A stretch of DNA of 64,000 nt from the NCBI GenBank assembly GCA_016215115.1, contig JACRLN010000033.1, forward strand, positions 16,279 to 80,278, read 5' to 3'. The number at the start of each line of letters is the position of its first letter. Position 1 is the first letter of the stretch. The stretch is from Nitrospirota bacterium (GTDB lineage: Bacteria; Nitrospirota; Thermodesulfovibrionia; UBA6902). A program made the position numbers and the translations under genes. Shown in pieces: positions 28,029-38,712 of this stretch. Below the pieces are notes generated by a model, which worked only from the letters and a program-made list of their open reading frames with translations, searched no databases and was not told where the DNA came from.

Positions 28029-28964
28029 ATGATCAAAATGAAAATCGCGTTTGTCTTCCCCGGTCAGGGTTCGCAGCATGTTGGGATGGGAAAAGATTTA
28101 TATGATAATTTTGAAGAAGTAAAAGAAATATACAAAAAAGCATCTGACGCTTTAGGATATGATGTTGCCGAACTCAGTTTCAACGGACCTGAGAATGAAC
28201 TGAATAAAACTTTCAGGACCCAGCCGTGCCTTCTCACTGCAAGTTATGCCGCGTTTAAAATCCTTTCTGCAAAAGGCATAACACCTTTTTTCACAGCAGG
28301 CCATAGCCTCGGTGAATATACTGCTGTAACGGCTGCAGGCGTCATTTCTTTCACCGACGCTGTAAAGCTTACCGAGAAGAGGGGCAAGTACATGCAGGAA
28401 TCAGTTCCTGAAGGGACGGGTTTGATGGCTGCTATTATCGGCCTCGATAGAGATGCGATAAAAAGCGTATGCGGTTCTGTTAAATCCGGTTACGCAGCTC
28501 CTGCAAATTATAATTGTCCGGGACAGATTGTTATTGCCGGTGAAAAAAACGCCGTTGAAGAGGCGATAGAACTTGCCAAGAATGCAGGAGCAAAACGGGC
28601 AATACCGCTTGCCGTCTCAGCGCCTTCACATTGTGCGTTAATGAAAAATGCATCGGAAAAACTTGCTGCCTTACTGAATAACACTCAATTGCATTTAGCG
28701 CAAATTCCGGTCGTGAACAATGCGGACGCCGCATTTTTAAGAGACCCGCAGGAAATTAAATCATCACTTGTGCGCCAACTGAATCAGCCGCTTTTATGGG
28801 AGGATTCTGTCAAGGCAATGGTCGAAAACGGTATAGATACTTTTATAGAAGTGGGCCCTAAAAAAGTCCTTTCCGGACTGATAAAGAGGATAGACGGGAA
28901 TGTGAAGATCTTTAATGTCGAGGATACAAAGAGTCTTGGAGACACATTAAGCGCATTGTCTTAG
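28029..28964 (+). CDS. fabD: Malonyl CoA-ACP transacylase
   Basis: FVFPGQGSQ and GHSLGEY active-site motifs. Confidence 0.9.
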   Translation: MIKMKIAFVFPGQGSQHVGMGKDLYDNFEEVKEIYKKASDALGYDVAELSFNGPENELNKTFRTQPCLLTASYAAFKILSAKGITPFFTAGHSLGEYTAVTAAGVISFTDAVKLTEKRGKYMQESVPEGTGLMAAIIGLDRDAIKSVCGSVKSGYAAPANYNCPGQIVIAGEKNAVEEAIELAKNAGAKRAIPLAVSAPSHCALMKNASEKLAALLNNTQLHLAQIPVVNNADAAFLRDPQEIKSSLVRQLNQPLLWEDSVKAMVENGIDTFIEVGPKKVLSGLIKRIDGNVKIFNVEDTKSLGDTLSALS

Positions 28965-30280
28965 CTTGATTTGATCTTTTCCTGCCAGATCCTTGCCTTG
29001 TCCATAATTTCCGCTTCATCCATTGTAGAGGGCTTTCCATTTTCAACAACAATCTTCCCGTTCACCATAACAGTTTCAATATCTGAAGGACGCAGGCAAT
29101 AGGTTATGTGTGAATAAATATCGTAGAGCGGCATTAAATGAGGCTGTTCAAGATTTGCAATGATAAGGTCTGCTTTTTTCCCTGGTTTGATCGAACCTAT
29201 TTTGTCTCCGAGTCCCAATATTTCGGCTCCGTTTCTTGTAGCCATTAAAAGCGCTGTTTTACTGTCAAGGACTGTCGGGTCTCCGGAAACAGCTTTATGG
29301 ACCTTTGCAGCAGTAGACATTTCACCAAGTATGCTCAAATCATTATTGCTCGCAGCGCCGTCTGTGCCGAATGCAACCTTTACGCCTTCCTTTAACATCT
29401 TTGCAACAGGCGCAAAACCTGAGGCAAGTTTCAGATTGCTCTCAATACAATGAGCTACGCCTACTTTTTTCATTGCGAGTAATTCAATTTCCTTATCGGT
29501 AAGCCACACGCAGTGGGCTGCAGAAAGACGCTCTGAAAGCAGACCTATGTTTTCAAGGTACTCGACCGGTGTCTTGCCGTAACGTCTTTGACATTCAGCA
29601 ACTTCAAATTGGGTCTCTGCAAGATGCGTATGTATCGGGACCTTATATTTTTCCGACAGTGCATTGGCCCGTTTATAATTATCAGTGCCGCAGGTGTATG
29701 TTGCATGAGGCGCAATACAGGGAAATACAAATTCACTGGCCTTCCAGGCAGTAATAAGATTTTCAGCATTAATGAAATAATCGTCCACAGATTTAGCGTA
29801 TCCTGTAAATGCAAAATCAATAACGCCAGCTCCCAAAACTCCCCTCATTCCGAGCTTCTCAAGTTTTTTCCCTGCGGTATCCTGAAAAAAATACATATCG
29901 GTATAAGTGGTGACACCTGCCTTCAGCATCTCCAGACAGGCCAGTTCAACGGCATCATTTACGAAATCTTCATTCATCCATTTTCCTTCTGCAGGCCATA
30001 TATGGTTTTGCAACCATTCCATAAGCGGAAGGTCGTCTGCGAGTCCTCTGAAATAGACCATTGCTGCATGAGTGTGAGTATTTATCAAACCGGGGAATAC
30101 GACCTTATTCTTTCCGCTTAATAATTTTTGAGACGTATATTTTTTAGAAATATCGGCAAATATTCCCGCATCAATTATATCACTGCCGGTAACTGCTACG
30201 GCGCCGTCTTTAATAACGGAAAGGTCCCCTTCCATTGTGAGAAGGTAATCGGCCCTAATTATATAATCTACGTTTTGCAT
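28961..30280 (-). CDS. Amidohydrolase, MtaD/SsnA-like (5-methylthioadenosine/SAH deaminase family)
   Basis: The HTHAAM metal-binding motif and length fit this family. The ATG start at 30280 is preferred over the TTG at 30313, which lies inside the hairpin repeat. Confidence 0.7.
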   Translation of the reverse strand: MQNVDYIIRADYLLTMEGDLSVIKDGAVAVTGSDIIDAGIFADISKKYTSQKLLSGKNKVVFPGLINTHTHAAMVYFRGLADDLPLMEWLQNHIWPAEGKWMNEDFVNDAVELACLEMLKAGVTTYTDMYFFQDTAGKKLEKLGMRGVLGAGVIDFAFTGYAKSVDDYFINAENLITAWKASEFVFPCIAPHATYTCGTDNYKRANALSEKYKVPIHTHLAETQFEVAECQRRYGKTPVEYLENIGLLSERLSAAHCVWLTDKEIELLAMKKVGVAHCIESNLKLASGFAPVAKMLKEGVKVAFGTDGAASNNDLSILGEMSTAAKVHKAVSGDPTVLDSKTALLMATRNGAEILGLGDKIGSIKPGKKADLIIANLEQPHLMPLYDIYSHITYCLRPSDIETVMVNGKIVVENGKPSTMDEAEIMDKARIWQEKIKSS

Positions 30281-30289
30281 ATGTTTGTC

Positions 30290-30370
30290 TTTCTTGTATC
30301 CCCTCTTTGGCAAAGAGGGGCAAGGGGAGATTTTAAAAAATCCCCCTTCATCCCCCTTTTACAAAGGGGG
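30290..30370. repeat. G/C-hairpin repeat (CCCCTCTTTGGCAAAGAGGGG and TCCCCCTTTTACAAAGGGGGA); same family as the insert in rlmN
   Basis: Two perfect hairpins separated by TTTTAAAAAA, between mtaD and asd. Confidence 0.6.
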
Positions 30371-30381
30371 AAATGATGACT

Positions 30382-31401
30382 CTACGCCATTTCAATCAAT
30401 TTCTCTGCTATCTGCACGGCATTCAGCGCTGCGCCTTTTCTCAGATTATCAGCGGCTATCCATATATTGATTCCGTTTTCAATAGTCGTATCTTCCCTTA
30501 TTCTTCCGACGTAGACCTCATCCTTTCCGGCTGTAAGTGTGGGAAGGGGATAAACATTTTTTTCAGGCTCATCGTATACAAGCACACCTGGCGCTTTGGA
30601 AAGCAACGCCCTTACTGCATTCGCAGTGAGCTTCTTTTCCGTTTCGATGTTGATTGCTTCTGAATGACCTCTGAAAACCGGAACTCTTACAGTTGTAGCA
30701 GTGACCCTTATTGAATCGTCACCCATAATCTTTTTAGTTTCGTTTACCATTTTGATTTCTTCTTTTGTGTAACCGTCGTCCATAAACTTGTCAATGTGCG
30801 GAATGCAGTTGAAGGCAATCTGATGCGGATAGACAAGCGGCTTGATGTCTTTAAAGTTGAGTAAATCCGAAGTCTGGTTTAAAAGCTCATCCATCGCCTT
30901 TTTACCGGTACCTGAAACAGACTGGAAAGTTGTTACAACAACTCTTTTTATCTTTGCAGCATCGTGAATAGGCTTCAAAACAACAACCATTTGAATGGTT
31001 GAACAGTTGGGATTCGCAATGATTCCTTTGTGCCACTTTAAATCGTGAGTGTTCACTTCCGGTACAACCAGTGGCACTTTTGGATCCATTCTCCATGCGC
31101 TTGAATTATCTACAACAACACATCCTTCCTTTGTCGCAATTGGAGCGTAGTGAAGACTCCTTTCCCCTCCTGCAGAGAACAGGGCGATGTCTATTCCCTT
31201 GAAAACATTTTCAGTCAATATCTCAACAGTTACAGATTCGTCATGGAAACTTATTATTTTGCCTTCTGAACGTTCAGATGCAAAAAGCCTCAGTTTTTTC
31301 ACCGGGAAATTGCGTTCTTCAAGAACTTCAGCCATTTCATTTCCAACTGCACCTGTTGCACCGACAATGGCGACTACATACTTATCTTTTTTCTTTAACA
31401 T
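30382..31401 (-). CDS. asd: Aspartate-semialdehyde dehydrogenase
   Basis: AIVGATGAVG NAD-binding motif and active-site Cys region. Confidence 0.9.
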   Translation of the reverse strand: MLKKKDKYVVAIVGATGAVGNEMAEVLEERNFPVKKLRLFASERSEGKIISFHDESVTVEILTENVFKGIDIALFSAGGERSLHYAPIATKEGCVVVDNSSAWRMDPKVPLVVPEVNTHDLKWHKGIIANPNCSTIQMVVVLKPIHDAAKIKRVVVTTFQSVSGTGKKAMDELLNQTSDLLNFKDIKPLVYPHQIAFNCIPHIDKFMDDGYTKEEIKMVNETKKIMGDDSIRVTATTVRVPVFRGHSEAINIETEKKLTANAVRALLSKAPGVLVYDEPEKNVYPLPTLTAGKDEVYVGRIREDTTIENGINIWIAADNLRKGAALNAVQIAEKLIEMA

Positions 31402-31416
31402 AGTGACTCCTGTATT

Positions 31417-32478
31417 TTATGAAAGATATTTTGCGACAAGGTCTCCCGCTTCTGTAGTGGTAAGGCCCATCTGTCCTGCTGCCAGGCTTTTTATATGTTT
31501 AGCTGTAACCTTTATCACGGCCTGTTCAACCGCCCTCCCGGCGTTTTCTTCGCCAAGATGCTCAAGCATCATACCTCCTGCACAGATAGCGGCAAGCGGG
31601 TTGATCATGTTTTTCCCTTTGTATTTAGGAGCAGAGCCGCCAATCGGTTCAAACATTGAAACGCCCTCAGGATTTATATTCCCTCCCGCGGCAATACCCA
31701 TCCCGCCCTGAATCATAGCGCCAAGGTCTGTGATAATATCGCCAAACATGTTGTCTGTTACGATTACATCAAACCATTCAGGATTTTTCACAAACCACAT
31801 CGTGATTGCATCTATATGAGCATAGTCCGGCTTTACATCCGGATACTCTTTTGCCACTTCATAAAAGGTCCTTTCCCATAGATCAAATGCGAATGTGAGG
31901 ACATTTGTTTTTCCGCAAAGGGTGAGCTTGTTCATCTTTTTTCTCTTCCTGCAATATTCAAAAGCAAAGCGAATGCATCGCTCGACGCCCTTTCTCGTGT
32001 TAATTGATTCCTGCACGGCTACTTCATCAGGTGTTCCTTTCTTAAGTACGCCTCCTGCGCCGGCATACAGCCCTTCTGTATTTTCTCTCACAACGACGAA
32101 ATCAATATGCTCAGGACCTTTATCTTTTAGAGGACATGCGACGCCGGGGTAGAGCTTGACGGGTCTAAGATTAATATACTGGTCCAATTCGAACCTCAAT
32201 CTTAACAGGATACCCTTTTCGAGTATTCCCGCTTTTACATCGGGATGTCCGATTGCTCCGAGATAAATTGCGTCATGTTTTTTAAGTTCTTCAATTGCAC
32301 CGTCAGGCAGTATTTCACCGGTCTTCAAATACCGTTCACCGCCAAAATCAAAATGTGTCAAATTAAGTTTAAACCCGAATTTCCCTGAAGCGGTTTGGAG
32401 TACTTTTAAACCTTCAGCAATAACCTCAGGACCTGTGCCGTCACCCGGTATGACTGCAATATTATATGTTTTTAACAT
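31417..32478 (-). CDS. leuB: 3-isopropylmalate dehydrogenase (isocitrate/isopropylmalate DH family)
   Basis: [14 protein letters not shown]-terminus, 353 aa. Confidence 0.8.
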   Translation of the reverse strand: MLKTYNIAVIPGDGTGPEVIAEGLKVLQTASGKFGFKLNLTHFDFGGERYLKTGEILPDGAIEELKKHDAIYLGAIGHPDVKAGILEKGILLRLRFELDQYINLRPVKLYPGVACPLKDKGPEHIDFVVVRENTEGLYAGAGGVLKKGTPDEVAVQESINTRKGVERCIRFAFEYCRKRKKMNKLTLCGKTNVLTFAFDLWERTFYEVAKEYPDVKPDYAHIDAITMWFVKNPEWFDVIVTDNMFGDIITDLGAMIQGGMGIAAGGNINPEGVSMFEPIGGSAPKYKGKNMINPLAAICAGGMMLEHLGEENAGRAVEQAVIKVTAKHIKSLAAGQMGLTTTEAGDLVAKYLS

Positions 32479-32539
32479 CTAACCTCCATCCTTAACTTAT
32501 AACTCAAAACTTATAACTCAAAACTCATAACTTCTTCAT

Positions 32540-32615
32540 TGGTAGTCCCAACGGGATTCGAACCCGTGTCTTAGCCTTGAGAGGGCTATGTCCTGGGCCT
32601 CTAGACGATGGGACC
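32540..32615 (-). tRNA. tRNA-Glu (anticodon CUC)
   Basis: Reverse complement is GGTCCCATCGTCTAGAGGCCCAGGACA..CTCTCAA loop..GGGTTCGAATCCCGTTGGGACTACCA. Confidence 0.9.
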
Positions 32616-32718
32616 AGTAAAGATAGCAATCAGCAATCAGCGTTCAGCAATCAGCAAAAAAAACAAACAAGAAATTTCAAGCTGAAAGCTGATAGCTAAT
32701 AGCTGATAGCTGTTTTTT

Positions 32719-32792
32719 TGGCTGGGGAGAGAGGATTCGAACCCCTATAAGCAGATCCAGAGTCTGCCGTCCTGCCGTTGGACGACTCCCCA
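32719..32792 (-). tRNA. tRNA-Gln (anticodon CUG)
   Basis: Reverse complement is TGGGGAGTCGTCCAACGGCAGGACGGCAGACTCTGGATCTGC..GGTTCGAATCCTCTCTCCCCAGCCA. U1:A72 present. Confidence 0.9.
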
Positions 32793-32924
32793 ATTTCCTC
32801 GGTTAAAGCATCCGTTTATATTACCCGTTTTGTGAATCTCCGTCAATATACGGTATTTTAGAAATTAACCACAGAGGACACGGAGGAAAATGAGCAATGA
32901 TGAATGAGTAATGCATAATTAAAG

Positions 32925-33095
32925 TCTGTCCATAAAGTCAAACACTGAAGCGTCATTCCCGCAGTCTGTTGAGCGGGAATCCAGTTTTTATAATAAGTTC
33001 TGGATTCCGGCTTAAGCCTGTCCCCGAGGGTAGTAATCGGGGAGACTGCAGGAATGACAGACAGACAAACCCGGTTTATGGACAGAGTCTAATTA
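32925..33095. mobile_element. REP-containing element family B, copy 1 (terminal inverted repeats ..AAAGTCTGTCCATAAAG / CTTTATGGACAGAGTCT..)
   Basis: Same architecture as 57158..57339 and the partial copy at 63805..63920. Confidence 0.7.
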
Positions 33096-33141
33096 TGGTA
33101 AGATAAACTATTATTTTTTCTAAAAAGGGAAGGGAGACTAT

Positions 33142-34083
33142 ATGAAGAGAATACTCGTTACCGGCGGTGCGGGATTCCTCGGCTCGCATCTATGCGGCAG
33201 ATTGCTTAAAGAAGGGCATGAAGTCATATGCGTTGATAATTTCTACACGGGCCGTCGTTCAAATATTGTGAGTTTCCTCAATAACCCTTTATTTGAGATA
33301 ATCAGACATGATATCTGTTTTCCTTTATATGCTGAAGTAGATGAAATATATAATCTTGCCTGTCCTGCATCTCCGGTCCATTATCAGTTTGACCCAGTGC
33401 AGACAACGAAGACATCGGTGCACGGCGCTATTAATATGCTTGGACTTGCGAAGAGGATCAAAGCAAAAATCTTTCAGGCGTCAACTTCCGAGGTTTACGG
33501 CGATCCAAAAGTTCATCCGCAGACAGAGGCTTATTGGGGAAATGTAAATCCTATCGGTTATCGTTCTTGCTATGATGAAGGCAAAAGGTGCGCTGAAACT
33601 CTTTTCTTTGATTATTACCGCCAGCATAAGCTGAAAATAAAGGTTGCGAGGATATTTAATACTTACGGACCAAGAATGCATCCGAATGACGGCCGTGTTG
33701 TGAGCAACTTCATTATGCAGGCCTTGCATGGAGAGCCTATTACTGTTTACGGTGATGGAAGTCAGACAAGGAGTTTTTGCTATGTGGATGATATGATCGA
33801 GGGGTTTATAAGATTCATGAACTCTGCTGATGATTTTACAGGTCCGGTGAATCTCGGAAATCCCGGTGAATTCACAATACTTGAGCTTGCTGAAAAGGTC
33901 ATAAAACTAACCAAATCAAGGTCCAGAATAATCTACAAACCGTTGCCGCAAGATGATCCCATACAGCGTCAGCCCAACATAAAATTAGCCAAAAGTAAAC
34001 TCAAATGGGAACCGAAGGTAAACCTGGAAGAAGGGCTTAAGGAGACGATTAAATATTTCAGGAAATTAAAAATTGATCCATAA
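33142..34083 (+). CDS. UDP-glucuronate decarboxylase (UDP-xylose synthase) / NAD-dependent epimerase-dehydratase
   Basis: GGAGFLGSH Rossmann motif, YxxxK catalytic motif, 313 aa. Confidence 0.85.
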   Translation: MKRILVTGGAGFLGSHLCGRLLKEGHEVICVDNFYTGRRSNIVSFLNNPLFEIIRHDICFPLYAEVDEIYNLACPASPVHYQFDPVQTTKTSVHGAINMLGLAKRIKAKIFQASTSEVYGDPKVHPQTEAYWGNVNPIGYRSCYDEGKRCAETLFFDYYRQHKLKIKVARIFNTYGPRMHPNDGRVVSNFIMQALHGEPITVYGDGSQTRSFCYVDDMIEGFIRFMNSADDFTGPVNLGNPGEFTILELAEKVIKLTKSRSRIIYKPLPQDDPIQRQPNIKLAKSKLKWEPKVNLEEGLKETIKYFRKLKIDP

Positions 34084-34098
34084 AATTTAAAGTATCTT

Positions 34099-36792
34099 TT
34101 GAAAAATATATCTTTAAACATTGATGGTAAAAACATTAAGACTGTAGAGCGGAAAACAGTTCTTAATGTTGCGAGAGAAAATGGAATCTACATCCCCACC
34201 CTCTGTTATCATCCCCGTACCAAACAGGCAGGCAAATGCAGAATATGTGTTGTTGAAGTAAAAGGACTGCCCGGCTTGCGAGTCTCCTGTTCACTCGAAG
34301 CAAAAGACGGAATGGAAGTGCTTACAAATACCGGAAGAATTATTGAAACAAGGAAGATGATAGTCGAATTGTATTTGTCGAGCGGCAGACATAACTGTAT
34401 CTCATGTGAAGGAAGTGGTACATGCGAGCTGCAGGATGCTGCATATCATCTCGGTATAGAGAAGTCCAGTTTCCCTAATATGACAAAAGATATTCCGATT
34501 GATACGTCAAGCCCGATGATAATCAGGGATATGAACAAGTGTATCCAGTGCTACAGGTGTATTGCCGGATGCAATGATATAGCAGTCAATGAAGTCCTGG
34601 ATATGGGATTTCGCAGCAGCCGGATGACAGTGGTCTGTGATACAAACAAGCCCATGGGAAAATCTTCGTGTGTGATATGCGGGGAATGCGTGCAGCTCTG
34701 TCCCACAGGCGCATTGACAGAGAGAAAATCTGCCACAAAGGGGAGGGACTGGGAGACAGGGAAGATAAAGACTACATGTCCTTATTGCGGAGTCGGATGC
34801 CAGATGTATCTGCATGTCAGGGATAACGAAATTATAAAAGTAACAGGCGCGGAAGACACCGCTCCCAATTACGGCAGTTTATGTATAAAAGGAAGATTCG
34901 GGTATGATTTTGTTCATTCTCATGAACGGCTGCGGTCACCTCTTTTGAGAAAAAATGGAGAGTTTGCGGAAGTAAGCTGGGAAGATGCGCTGGATTTTAC
35001 TGCAAAAAAACTTCTGGAGATTAAAAAAAATCATGGTCCTGAATCAATTGTCGGGATCGGTTGTGCCCGGACCACGAATGAGAATAACTATGTCATGATG
35101 AAATTTATGCGTGCAGTAATAGGCACCAACAATGTTGACCATTGTGCCCGAACCTGACATGCTCCCACTGTAGCCGGTCTGGCTGCAACGTTGGGTGCAG
35201 GCGCAATGACAAATTCTATCGGTGAAATCGAAAACAGCCCTGTCATTTTTATAATCGGTTCCAATACTACAGAGACCCATCCTGTCATTGCCAACAGCAT
35301 GAAAAGGGCGGCAAAAAGAGGCAGCCGGCTTATCATCGCAGACCCGAGAAAAATTGACCTTACACGCTGGGCTACAAGGCATTATCAGCATAAGGTAGGC
35401 TCTGATATAGCGCTTCTGAATTCAGTGATGTACGAGATTATAAAAAATGAATGGCATGACAGAGAGTTTATAAAAAAATATACTGAAGGCTTTGATGAAC
35501 TGGAAAAGACGGTAAGTGAATATCCTCCTGAGCGTGTTTTTGAAATATGCGGAATTCCGGCAGATGATATAAGAGAACTTGCTATGATACTCGGCATGGC
35601 TGAGAGGGTTGCGCTCTATTACACCCTCGGTATTACCGAGCATATCACCGGAACGGATAACGTTAAAACCTGTGCAAACCTCCAGATGCTTCTCGGAAAT
35701 ATAGGGAAAGAATATACCGGTGTTAATCCATTGAGAGGGCAGAACAATGTTCAGGGCGCATGTGATATGGGCGTGCTTCCGGATGTTTTTACAGACTACC
35801 AGAAGGTATCAAACCCCGTGGTAAGAGAGAACTTTGCAAGAGCATGGAGTGTTGAATCACTTCCGGATATGGAAGGCACCAAAATTCCTGCTATGTTTGA
35901 CGGTATGCTGCACGGTGACATCAGAGCGCTCTATCTCGTTGGAGAAAATGTGATAATGTCGGAGCCCAATCAGTCGCATACAATAAAGGCGCTTGAGCAA
36001 CTTGATCTTCTCATTGTGCAGGATATTTTCTTTAATGAAACGGCAAAGTATGCGCATGTTATATTGCCTGCTGCGTGTTTTGCCGAGACAGAAGGGACCT
36101 TTACAAATACTGAAAGGCGTATTCAGCGTGTGAGAAAAGCTGTTGAGCCTCCGGGTCAGGCGAAAGAAGATTGGTGGATTATAAGCGAGCTTGCAAAGAG
36201 GATGGGTTATGCTATGGGATACACATTGACAGAACAGATATGGGAAGAAATTCGTAAATTAACTCCGAGCATGTCCGGTATTACATATGAAAGGATTGAA
36301 CGTGAGGGAATTCAGTGGCCCTGTCCGGACCTTAATCATGCAGGAACATGTTATCTGTACTGTGATAATGTATTCCCCTGCGGCAAGGCTAAATTTCAGC
36401 CTGCTCAATGGAAACCGGCGGCAGAGGTTCCTGACAGTGAATATCCGTTTGTGCTTACAACGGGCAGAAGACTATGGCATTACCATACCGGGACACAAAC
36501 CAGAAGGTCTGCAGGATTTGATGATGTTTTTCCTGAAGAGTTAATCGAAGTAAACGGAAAAGACGCCGGGAAGTTGGATATAAAGAACGGTGATCATATA
36601 TGGGTAGTTTCACGCAGAGGAAGGGTAAGAGTAAAAACATGGGTAACAAGCAGGGTTTCCCCGGGCTTGTGCTTTATGACCTTTCACTTTCATGAAGCAT
36701 GTGCAAATGTGTTGACGAATAACGCCTTTGATCCAGTTGCAGGAACTGCCGAATATAAGGTATGCGCGGTACGGTTGGAGAAGGAGGAGTAA
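34099..36792 (+). CDS. fdhA: NAD-linked formate dehydrogenase alpha subunit, selenocysteine-containing (UGA at 35155-35157 read as Sec)
   Basis: N-terminal 2Fe-2S and 4Fe-4S domains plus molybdopterin domains. The context ..VDHCART-U-HAPTVAGL.. matches E. coli FdhF CARVUHGPSVAGL, and the downstream ORF 35191..36792 is in the same frame. Confidence 0.85.
35158..35191 (+). promoter_or_regulatory. Putative bacterial SECIS hairpin (GUAGCC-GGUCU-GGCUGC)
   Basis: Stem-loop begins 13 nt after the UGA. Its GGUCU apical loop resembles the E. coli fdhF SECIS loop. Confidence 0.55.
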
Positions 36793-36867
36793 AGGGTAAG
36801 AAGTAAGGAGTAAGGGGTAAGGAGAACGCCTTAATTATTATTAAGGAGTTCATAAGTAAGCATACAT

Positions 36868-36975
36868 AAGCGTCATTCCCGCAGTCTGTTGAGCGGGAAT
36901 CCAGAAAGGAACTGGATGCCCGCTTACTACCTGCGGGCATGACAAACGTGTCTTCATACTAATGAACTGATTCAT
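36868..36975. repeat. REP-like element family C, copy 2
   Basis: GTCATTCCCGCAGTCTGTTGAGCGGGAATCCAG..CTGGATGCCCGC..GCGGGCATGAC plus the shared flank. The spurious ORF 'MPAGSKRASSS' is translated from it. Confidence 0.7.
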
Positions 36976-36985
36976 AATTAATAAA

Positions 36986-37465
36986 ATGGACGATAAGATA
37001 AAAAAACTTATAATTAAGTTAGCACACAGGTTTCCCAGGAAAGAATCTGCTCTTTTGCCGGCACTTTCACTTATTCAGAAAAGAAACGGATGTATTACCG
37101 AAGATGATTTGATGGAAATTGCAAACATAATGAATATCCCGCAGGCGCGTGTCTTCAGTGCAGCAAGTTTTTATACGATGCTCAGTTTAAAAAAGATAGG
37201 CAAGTATCATATTCAGGTTTGTACAAATGTTGTTTGCTCACTGCTTGATGGAGAATCACTAATAGATTACGTTTCAGGAAAACTTGGTATTCAGGAAGGT
37301 GAGGTAACACCGGACGGATTATTCAGCATCGCATCTGTAGAGTGTCTGGGTTCATGCGGACATGCTCCGGCAATACTAATCAATATGGCTCATTATGAGA
37401 ATATGGATTTAAAGAAAATTGATAAGATAATTGATTCCCTTAAAAAAGGGGAATGGCGGGGATAA
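36986..37465 (+). CDS. NuoE-like 2Fe-2S subunit (NADH dehydrogenase 24 kDa family)
   Basis: Cys pattern C..C...C..C and the size are typical of NuoE/HoxE. Confidence 0.85.
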   Translation: MDDKIKKLIIKLAHRFPRKESALLPALSLIQKRNGCITEDDLMEIANIMNIPQARVFSAASFYTMLSLKKIGKYHIQVCTNVVCSLLDGESLIDYVSGKLGIQEGEVTPDGLFSIASVECLGSCGHAPAILINMAHYENMDLKKIDKIIDSLKKGEWRG

Positions 37466-38703
37466 TGAATAATATTTTGTTATCCAAAAAGGGCATAATT
37501 GATTTACATTCCCTTAAAAAATATATCGCTCATGGCGGATATGAGGCGCTCAAAAAAGCCCTTTCCATGCCCCCGGAGAATATCATTTCGATGGTTATTG
37601 AGTCAGGACTCAGGGGGAGAGGCGGCGCGGGTTTTCCTGCCGGGATGAAATGGAAATTTCTGCCTAAAGAGAGAGAAATAACAAAATATCTTATCTGCAA
37701 TGCTGATGAAGGGGAGCCGGGCACTTTCAAGGACAGGCAGATTATGGAATTTGACCCGCATCTCTTAATCGAAGGGATGACTATTACAGCATATGCAATC
37801 GGGGCCTGCAGGGGTTTTATCTATATAAGGGGCGAATACGACTGGATAGCAAAGGTACTTATAAGGGCGCTTAAAGAGGCGGAGGACCATGGTTTCAGCG
37901 GGGACTACATATTGGGAACCGATTATCAGTTTTGTATAGATGTTTTCAGGGGAGCCGGTTCGTATATATGCGGTGAAGAAACAGCCCTTTTAGAATCAAT
38001 CGAGGGAAAGGCAGGCAGACCGAGACTGAAGCCGCCGTTTCCGGCAACTTTCGGACTTTACGGCAAACCGACTGTAGTTCAAAATGTTGCGACTCTCTCT
38101 TCTATCCCGTTTATCGTTAATAACGGCCCTGATGCTTTTAAGACCTTTGGGAAACCGAGAAATTATGGAACTATGCTTTTCGGCATATGCGGTCATGTTA
38201 ATAAACCGGGTGTTTATGAATATCCTATGGGTACGTCTCTGAAAAAACTGATATATGAAGTTGCAGGTGGAATCAAGGGCAACAAGGGTTTAAAGGCGGT
38301 GATCCCCGGAGGACTTTCCGCTCCGATTCTGAAGGCAGATGAAATAGATATTGAGATGGATTTTGATTCCCTCATTGCCGCAGGTTCGATACTGGGGACG
38401 GGAGGGATTATTGTGCTTGATGAGAATGTTTCCATACCCTTTGTTGCGCAAAAGGCGGCAAAGTTCTTTGCCCATGAATCATGTGGACAATGCACTCCCT
38501 GCCGTGAAGGCACAAACATAATTAAATTCCTTATAGACCGAATAGCAGCAGGCGAGGGCAGTTTGACAGACATTGAGCAGGTTCTGAGATTATGCCGCTG
38601 CATAAAAGGTTCCACCCTGTGCGCAATGGGCGATACAGCAGCATTTTCAATCGAGACGATGGTGAAGAAGTTCAGAGGGGAATTTGAGTCGCTTGTGAAA
38701 TGA
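37453..38703 (+). CDS. NuoF-like NAD(H)-binding FMN/4Fe-4S subunit
   Basis: GRGGAGFP FMN motif, GEE.AL NADH motif and ESCGQCTPCREG Fe-S motif. Confidence 0.85.
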   Translation: MAGIMNNILLSKKGIIDLHSLKKYIAHGGYEALKKALSMPPENIISMVIESGLRGRGGAGFPAGMKWKFLPKEREITKYLICNADEGEPGTFKDRQIMEFDPHLLIEGMTITAYAIGACRGFIYIRGEYDWIAKVLIRALKEAEDHGFSGDYILGTDYQFCIDVFRGAGSYICGEETALLESIEGKAGRPRLKPPFPATFGLYGKPTVVQNVATLSSIPFIVNNGPDAFKTFGKPRNYGTMLFGICGHVNKPGVYEYPMGTSLKKLIYEVAGGIKGNKGLKAVIPGGLSAPILKADEIDIEMDFDSLIAAGSILGTGGIIVLDENVSIPFVAQKAAKFFAHESCGQCTPCREGTNIIKFLIDRIAAGEGSLTDIEQVLRLCRCIKGSTLCAMGDTAAFSIETMVKKFRGEFESLVK

Positions 38704-38712
38704 GAATAATGT

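Noticed and set aside
30311-30313. TTG start of the amidohydrolase ORF as called by the ORF track
   Set aside because: It falls inside the CCCCTCTTTGGCAAAGAGGGG hairpin. The in-frame ATG at 30280 (MQNVDYIIRADYL..) with typical amidohydrolase N-terminus spacing is the more plausible start.
29160-30470. Plus-strand ORFs 29588..30121, 30128..30376, 30285..30470 and 30373..30663
   Set aside because: They are antisense to the mtaD-like and asd genes or run through the G/C hairpin repeat. No conserved motifs.
35158-35191. Treating 34099..35157 and 35191..36792 as two genes, or as a frameshifted pseudogene
   Set aside because: Both ORFs are in the same frame and are separated only by TGA. The CART-U-HAPTVAGL context matches the FdhF selenocysteine site, and a SECIS-like hairpin follows, so this is a single Sec-containing CDS.
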